Shown piece after piece: positions 58,844 through 64,000 of a DNA stretch of 64,000 bases. This DNA is from Candidatus Poseidoniaceae archaeon (GTDB lineage Archaea > Thermoplasmatota > Poseidoniia > Poseidoniales > Poseidoniaceae), in contig CALHIR010000005.1 in assembly GCA_938030705.1 (NCBI GenBank), forward strand, positions 132,909 to 196,908, in the 5' to 3' direction. Every line of letters starts with the position of its first letter. Positions within the stretch are counted from its first letter, which is position 1. The notes beneath the pieces were generated by a model. That model had not been told where the DNA came from and did not search any database. It worked only from the letters and a program-made list of their open reading frames with translations. Made by a program: the position numbers and the translations under genes.

Positions 58844-60214
58844 ATGGCACTTGAGGGCTTGTCGAGAGGTATCTTCCGCTCGCTGGGTTTGCTCAAGAAC
58901 AATCGCAAACTCGACGAAGAAGAACTTCGAGAAATGACACGGAGCCTTCGAAGAGCGCTTCAAGAAGCAGATTTCAACATCCGCCAGACCAAGGAAATCG
59001 TTGACCGTCTTGAATCAAGGTTGCGTGAAGAGGAGCCACGGCCTGGCCTTACCTTGCAAACGCATGCCATGAACATCCTCTACACCGAACTCGTTCGCAT
59101 CCTCGGCCCTCCTACGGAATTTCAGCCACGTGGAGCAACCCTTCTTCTTGTCGGCCTTTACGGTCAAGGAAAGACGACAACCACAGCAAAACTTGCGGAG
59201 TGGTACCGCAAAAAGCACGGTCTTCGGGTGGCCGTCATTGAAGCGGACGTTCACCGTCCAGGTGCGTACGCCCAACTTTCTCAACTCCTTGAGGAGACCA
59301 CCGTCCAAGTCTACGGCGAACCCGATAACAAAGACGCTGTGTCCATTGTAAGAAACGGCTTACAAGCATGTGCTTCCGCTGATTTGGTCATTGTCGACAC
59401 AGCAGGACGCCACCAACTTGACGAGGAACTCGTTGAAGAATTGGAAAACATTGCGGGCCTGACCCGTGCAACCGACCGCTGGTTGGTCATCGACGCCCAA
59501 GTCGGTCAGGCCGCCGGACCGGTCGCTGCTTCCTTCCACACCCTTGCCGGGGTGACAGGCATTGTTATCACGAAACTCGACGGTACCGCCCGTGGCGGTG
59601 GTGCCCTTTCGGCTGTCGCAGCGACGGGCGCCCCCATCGTCCACATCGGTGTGGGCGAACGCATTCAGGACCTTGAGAAATTTGAGTCCGACCGTTTTAT
59701 CTCACGATTGCTTGGCATGGGTGATATTCAGGGCCTCATCGATTTGGCACCCGAAGACATGGACCAAGAAGAGGCCATGCGCTTGACGCAGCGCCTTATG
59801 AGCGGCCGTTTCACCCTCAACGACATGTACAAACAAATGGAAATGATGTCCAAGGTCGGCACGATTGACAAGCTGATGTCCTTCCTCCCAGGCAGCATGC
59901 TCGGTGGCATGGGCGCCATGTCCAAGGGACAAAAGGAGGCCATGCAAGCCAACCTCGACCGCTACCGCACCATCATGGATTCCATGACGGCATGGGAAAA
60001 GAACGAGCCAGCCAAGATCAAGGCCGACCGCATCAAGCGCATTGCCCGAGGTTCAGGCGTTCGTGAGAAGGACGTGCGAGAACTCATCGGTCAGTGGAAC
60101 CGCTCACGCAAGATGATGAAGGGCATGGGCGGCAACCGCAAGTTGAACAAACAAATGCGGAAGATGATGAAGGACGGCGACATGGACATTGACCCGTCAT
60201 CGTTTGGCATGTGA
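58844..60214 (+). CDS. srp54: Signal recognition particle protein SRP54
   Basis: N-domain, G-domain '[16 protein letters not shown]', 'DTAGR' and a Met-rich M-domain. Confidence 0.95.
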   Translation: MALEGLSRGIFRSLGLLKNNRKLDEEELREMTRSLRRALQEADFNIRQTKEIVDRLESRLREEEPRPGLTLQTHAMNILYTELVRILGPPTEFQPRGATLLLVGLYGQGKTTTTAKLAEWYRKKHGLRVAVIEADVHRPGAYAQLSQLLEETTVQVYGEPDNKDAVSIVRNGLQACASADLVIVDTAGRHQLDEELVEELENIAGLTRATDRWLVIDAQVGQAAGPVAASFHTLAGVTGIVITKLDGTARGGGALSAVAATGAPIVHIGVGERIQDLEKFESDRFISRLLGMGDIQGLIDLAPEDMDQEEAMRLTQRLMSGRFTLNDMYKQMEMMSKVGTIDKLMSFLPGSMLGGMGAMSKGQKEAMQANLDRYRTIMDSMTAWEKNEPAKIKADRIKRIARGSGVREKDVRELIGQWNRSRKMMKGMGGNRKLNKQMRKMMKDGDMDIDPSSFGM

Positions 60215-60293
60215 TAACGGGGCGAGGTTTGCTGCAACAGCGACCTCGACATGCCGTCTTAACCGTCATCTCTCGCATGAATGTTGCAAGGGC

Positions 60294-61127
60294 TCAATTT
60301 TGATCGCTTTCCTTGGTTGACCATCCTTCGGTATGCTCGAGATCTTTTCGGATTTGAGAACCAATGTGAAGCGGTTCCATCGTTTGTCGCATGTCATTCA
60401 ATGCTCGTTGCATGATCACCTCACCCAATTCTTCATGAGTTTGAGGGAGATGTTCGGCGGCGATTTCCTGAAAAATGCTCTCGGGTTTGTGGGCTCCGCT
60501 GTGGTAAATGATGCGAGCTGCATAACTCGAGTACGAAACCAAAAAAGTGACAATGGCCAGCAATAGACCAATGATGATGGCCGAACCCACGATGCTTTTG
60601 ACATGCACGAGAAGAAGCATGCACCACCACATCGCCATGCCATACATCGAGCAGACCACGAGATAATCAGGTATCATGGCCAAGCGGCCAGTAGGCCCCC
60701 TCGCACTGACGATGGCTCGGAAGTTATCATCGTCCACTGCCGAGTATACGCCATGAACCACCAAAAGGCAGTTGAGGTGAACGAAATTGATGACGACGAT
60801 GACCCCCCCCATGATCATGGTCCACCAGGCCAAACTCGTGTAGGGAGGAGAAGACCAGTAGAAGTCCTTGGATTCTCCTGTAAGCAGATTGAAGAACAAA
60901 GAGGCGTTCATGGCCAACACCAAAACGGCTGCCAGAGTGTTGACCTCCCAAACTGCTTTGTAACTCTCTTTGAGCGTTTTTCCACTCGGGTAGGCTTCAT
61001 TGTAAGCATCTTTCCACAACCGCCGATGGTCGATGGGGTAGAACCATTCGAGGAATGGGACGAGTTTGAAGAAATTACGAACTGGGCGGTTTCGAAACGT
61101 TTCAGTAGGTTTTTCGCTCCTGCTCAT
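60294..61127 (-). CDS. Hypothetical integral membrane protein
   Basis: Five to six TM helices, no motifs. GC is lower than the window average. Confidence 0.4.
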   Translation of the reverse strand: MSRSEKPTETFRNRPVRNFFKLVPFLEWFYPIDHRRLWKDAYNEAYPSGKTLKESYKAVWEVNTLAAVLVLAMNASLFFNLLTGESKDFYWSSPPYTSLAWWTMIMGGVIVVINFVHLNCLLVVHGVYSAVDDDNFRAIVSARGPTGRLAMIPDYLVVCSMYGMAMWWCMLLLVHVKSIVGSAIIIGLLLAIVTFLVSYSSYAARIIYHSGAHKPESIFQEIAAEHLPQTHEELGEVIMQRALNDMRQTMEPLHIGSQIRKDLEHTEGWSTKESDQN

Positions 61128-61195
61128 AGTTCAACCACAACGCCTCCCCGTTATCAAATTACAGTGTTTGTCGAGGCATGTTAAATTCGAACCCG

Positions 61196-61209
61196 AAGAT
61201 GATTTAAAT
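61196..61209 (+). promoter_or_regulatory. Candidate archaeal BRE/TATA box (gaagatga-TTTAAAT) about 22 nt upstream of the 61231 start codon
   Basis: Purine-rich tract followed by the palindromic TTTAAAT in an AT-rich divergent intergenic region. The spacing fits a leaderless or short-leader archaeal transcript. Confidence 0.35.
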
Positions 61210-61230
61210 GTAAACTCTGTACAATCATCC

Positions 61231-62127
61231 ATGCAATCTCAACCTGTTCCGGGGTACAACCCTTACAACCCTCAACAAACAGTAGAACAGATTCCTCCCC
61301 AACATAGCCAGCCTGCCTACACCATTAACTCCGGGGCGATTGCAAACGGTCCAAATGGGCCGCCCCAACCATACGCAGGAGCAGACAACATAAACAAAAA
61401 AGGGAAGAACAAAAGAAACGCCAAAAAGAGGTCAAAAAGAACAAAAAATTATGTTACAATTTTCATAACCCTGATCTTGGCGTCTTTGATCTCTTCAGGT
61501 TCAACATTTTTTCTCATGGGTGGGAGTCTCTTCAATACCCCGAGCGAATATGAGGGGAAATGGTACTCAGGAGGTCCCAGTGGACATCTTAACCTCCTCG
61601 AAGATGGAACCTTGAAATATTGGGATGAAGCGAGATTCCTCTGTTTTTCTGGCGAAACGGTTCGTGCCAGTTGGGTCAATGATGGAGATGACGATTGTTT
61701 GGACGGTAGCGATGAAGGTACCAACAAAGCAAACACATTCAATCCAGAATATGGATGGCAAGATTACGTGAATTCGGATAGATATACCACTTCTGAAGCC
61801 TATTGGTCCGTTGATGGTGAAATGTTCTGTCTAGAGGTCACTTCCTCCTATCCGAGCGTATATTCAGAGGAAACAAAAGTTTGTTACAAATCCGTGGTGG
61901 ACGGGAATGCTCTTTGGATCGGAAGCGACGAAATTGATGATTCAGGAGAAATTGAAGAATGTGAAGTGATGTTGAAACTTACCAATCGAGAGAGTGGGCC
62001 GCAGGAGTGGTCCCAAAATTGGGTCGATGTCTGGAACTTTGCTTTGGAAGATGTTTATTCAGAAAGACCCTCATTTTGCAAGACGACAACTTTTGATAGC
62101 CTGCAACAAGAGTTTTACTCATTCTAA
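61231..62127 (+). CDS. Hypothetical single-pass membrane protein with a Pro/Gln-rich N-terminus, a Lys-rich stop-transfer segment and an LDL-receptor-class-A-like Ca-binding module
   Basis: Start at MQSQPVPGYNPYNP; the track ORF from 61066 overlaps the neighbouring gene. TM: 'YVTIFITLILASLISSGSTFFLM'. 'CFSGETVRASWVNDGDDDCLDGSDEG' matches the LDLa core 'SWxCDGxxDCxDGSDE', but with only 2 of the 6 Cys. The gene is about 43-45% GC against about 55% for the window. Confidence 0.5.
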   Translation: MQSQPVPGYNPYNPQQTVEQIPPQHSQPAYTINSGAIANGPNGPPQPYAGADNINKKGKNKRNAKKRSKRTKNYVTIFITLILASLISSGSTFFLMGGSLFNTPSEYEGKWYSGGPSGHLNLLEDGTLKYWDEARFLCFSGETVRASWVNDGDDDCLDGSDEGTNKANTFNPEYGWQDYVNSDRYTTSEAYWSVDGEMFCLEVTSSYPSVYSEETKVCYKSVVDGNALWIGSDEIDDSGEIEECEVMLKLTNRESGPQEWSQNWVDVWNFALEDVYSERPSFCKTTTFDSLQQEFYSF

Positions 62128-62144
62128 GAAAACTGAGCGAGAAT

Positions 62145-63212
62145 TTGAAAAGCCTGATGAACCTAAGGTCGGTGGATTCTCACATGGCCCTCCCTCCTGG
62201 CGTTTACGAAGATGTGGTTTCAGCCATCGGCCACACCCCCTTGATTCGTTTGAACAAGGTGACTGCGGAATTATCTGGCTCGGAAGTGTGGGCGAAACTT
62301 GAACGTTGCAGCCCAGGTGGCTCCATCAAAGACCGCATTGGCCTTGGCATGATTTTGGAAGCAGAAGAAAAGGGTTGGCTGAAGCCCGGTGGAACCATTG
62401 TTGAGGGAACCAGTGGGAACACGGGTATTGGACTGGCGATGGTTGCAGCGCAGCGGGGTTACAAGTGTGTGTTCACCATGCCCGACAAGATGGCGAAGGA
62501 AAAGATTGACCTCTTGCGTGCCATGGGTGCACGGGTTGAAGTTTGTCCGACCGCAGTTGAAAAGGAGGACCCACGTTCCTACTACATGGTCGCCGAACGA
62601 CTCAGCAAGGAGATTGAAGGTGCCTGGTATCCAGATCAATATTCCAACCAGTCCAATCCAGAAGCGCATATTCATTCAACCGGACCGGAACTTTGGCAAC
62701 AAACTCAGGGTGACATCACCCACTTTGTGGCCACCATGGGAACTGGCGGCACCATCACTGGATGCGGAAAATACCTCAAATCGCAAGCAGAGGCGAACGG
62801 GAAAGACGCCCCTCAAATCGTTGGCGTCGATGCAGAAGGCTCGATTCTCAAGCAGTGGTTCGAAGAAGGAACCATGGGTGTCCCTCACGGCTACAAAGTG
62901 GAAGGATTTGGTGAAGACTTCATCCCACCAGCGACTGACTTTTCAGTGATTGATGAAATTCGGATGGTGGATGACGAAATTTGTTTCCGAATGGCACGAC
63001 GTTTGGCCAAACAAGAGGGCTTGTTCTGTGGGGGTTCTTGCGGTGGAGCCTTGCAGATTGCGTTGGATATCGCGGCAGAGTACGACAAAGCCGGACAAAA
63101 AGCGAAGATTGTTGTCATTCTTCCTGATGCAGGAAATCCCTATCTTGGGAAAGTGTACAACGATGACTGGCTCAGAGAAAACGGATTTGATGTCGATGGA
63201 TGGGAGTGGTGA
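62145..63212 (+). CDS. Cystathionine beta-synthase-like / cysteine synthase-family PLP enzyme
   Basis: PLP-Lys motif 'GGSIKDRIG', 'GTSGNTGIGLA', 'YPDQYSNQSNP', 'GTGGTITG'. Probable start at MALPPG. Confidence 0.85.
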   Translation: MKSLMNLRSVDSHMALPPGVYEDVVSAIGHTPLIRLNKVTAELSGSEVWAKLERCSPGGSIKDRIGLGMILEAEEKGWLKPGGTIVEGTSGNTGIGLAMVAAQRGYKCVFTMPDKMAKEKIDLLRAMGARVEVCPTAVEKEDPRSYYMVAERLSKEIEGAWYPDQYSNQSNPEAHIHSTGPELWQQTQGDITHFVATMGTGGTITGCGKYLKSQAEANGKDAPQIVGVDAEGSILKQWFEEGTMGVPHGYKVEGFGEDFIPPATDFSVIDEIRMVDDEICFRMARRLAKQEGLFCGGSCGGALQIALDIAAEYDKAGQKAKIVVILPDAGNPYLGKVYNDDWLRENGFDVDGWEW

Positions 63213-63214
63213 AA

Positions 63215-64000
63215 TGACCGGAGATTCAACCCGCTGCGTTCATTCATCCTTGGACCCCGAGGTCTCAACTGGCTCAGTCCACACCCCCATTTTTCAAACA
63301 TCGACCTATGTTCAGAACGATTTTGCTGACCATCTCGGATATGAATATGCACGGGGAGACAACCCGACCCGAAACGCCCTCCAACGTGCACTGGCGGAAA
63401 TGGAATCACCTCACCAAGAAGCGTTTGGGTTTTGTTTTGGAAGCGGAATGGCCGCCATCACAACCATCAGCCAAATGCTTGAACAAGGCGACCATGTCAT
63501 TGCATGCGACGACCTTTACGGAGGTACGGTTCGCTTATTTGACCAAATTGCTTCGCGCTTTGGCATTGAAACAAGTTATTCTCCGTTGAAAAGCGGAGAC
63601 TTGGGAAAACTCGTTCGGGAGAACTCGAAAATCCTCTGGCTTGAAAGCCCAACCAATCCACTCCTCACCGTGCACGATATCAAATCCTTAGCGGCTGAAG
63701 CAAAAGAACACGGCCTCATCGTCGTTGTGGATTCGACCTTCGCAACCCCAATCCTCCAGCGCCCGTTCGAGTTGGGAGCCGATATCATCGTCCATTCAAC
63801 AACCAAATACATCGGTGGCCACAGCGACGTCATCGGTGGTTGTTTGATCACCCAAAGCAAGGCACTCGCTGAAAAGATATCATTCTTGCAAAATGCAGTG
63901 GGAGCCGTCCCGGCACCGATGGATTGCTTCCTCATCCTCCGAGGACTCCGAACCCTCGCTTTGCGAATGAACCGTCATTGCGAAAGTGCAATGACGCTAG
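63215..64000 (+). CDS. Cystathionine gamma-synthase/gamma-lyase-family PLP enzyme (MetB/MetC/CGL), 3'-partial. It is not in the ORF track because no stop lies in the window.
   Basis: Translated by hand from ATG 63215: 'HTPIFQTSTY..', 'YARGDNPTRNALQRALAEME', 'FGFCFGSGMAAI', 'DSTFATPILQRPFELGADIIVHSTTKYIGGHSDVIGG' (PLP-Lys in TTKY). The frame stays open to the window end. Confidence 0.85.

Noticed and set aside
1-64000. CRISPR arrays, rRNA genes, transposases or integrases
   Set aside because: No interspaced direct repeats, no rRNA-like conserved stretches, and no transposase or integrase motifs were seen. The longest non-coding gaps are about 60-280 nt promoter and terminator regions.

Overview
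This is a dense, mostly housekeeping chromosomal segment, about 55% GC, from an archaeon. The archaeal call rests on the S12–S7–aEF-2 str-operon core, the 'exosome superoperon' (proteasome alpha, SBDS, Rrp4, Rrp41, Rrp42, L37ae, prefoldin beta), TiaS, isopentenyl phosphate kinase, Dph6, RFC large subunit, SRP54 and a eukaryote-type GlyRS. The lineage cannot be fixed from sequence alone; Thermoplasmatota or Marine Group II is a guess.

In order, the window holds:
- 1-6.9 kb: a SERCA-like P-type ATPase running off the left edge (absent from the ORF track because its stop lies outside the window), an OPT-family transporter, split transketolase and transaldolase.
- 6.9-12.9 kb: a decayed acyltransferase-3 pseudogene, then a co-directional thiolase / DUF35-like / double-zinc-ribbon / actin-like cluster, KptA, and a Zn-ribbon hypothetical.
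- 12.9-20.9 kb: a Xi-class GST, an isoprenoid module (isopentenyl phosphate kinase plus a fused type-1 IDI–GGPP-synthase ORF, with a UbiD-family decarboxylase 4.4 kb further on), a MOSC protein, and EF-2 – DsrE-like – S7 – S12.
- 20.9-30.5 kb: the UbiD-family decarboxylase, two TPR-like helical proteins flanking a Nudix gene, a DHH phosphoesterase, and the exosome superoperon.
- 30.5-37.3 kb: Dph6, PurB, a small cluster of membrane proteins plus a degenerate KaiC-like ATPase, TiaS, a GmhB-like HAD phosphatase, an archaeosortase-family gene and tRNA-Gly(CCC).
- 37.3-48.2 kb: an OYE flavoreductase, tRNA-Arg(CCG), a 1200-aa type-I membrane surface protein with C-type-lectin-like and LamG/ConA-like domains and Ca-binding repeats, fRMsr, and a 1760-aa Lhr-type helicase.
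- 48.2-64.0 kb: a ferredoxin, GlyRS, RfcL, TrkH/TrkA, a transglutaminase-like membrane protein, ArsA/Get3 with an HSP20-like tail, SRP54, an AT-rich (~45% GC) two-gene islet encoding a membrane protein with an LDL-receptor-class-A-like Ca-binding motif, and CBS plus cystathionine gamma-synthase, the latter running off the right edge and also missing from the ORF track.

No CRISPR array, rRNA or obvious mobile element was seen.

The most interesting candidates for undescribed biology are the thiolase/DUF35/Zn-ribbon/actin cluster, the IDI–GGPPS fusion, the tRNA-flanked giant lectin-like surface protein next to an archaeosortase, and the AT-rich LDLa-like islet.

All functional calls are from motif recognition by eye; no database searches were run.
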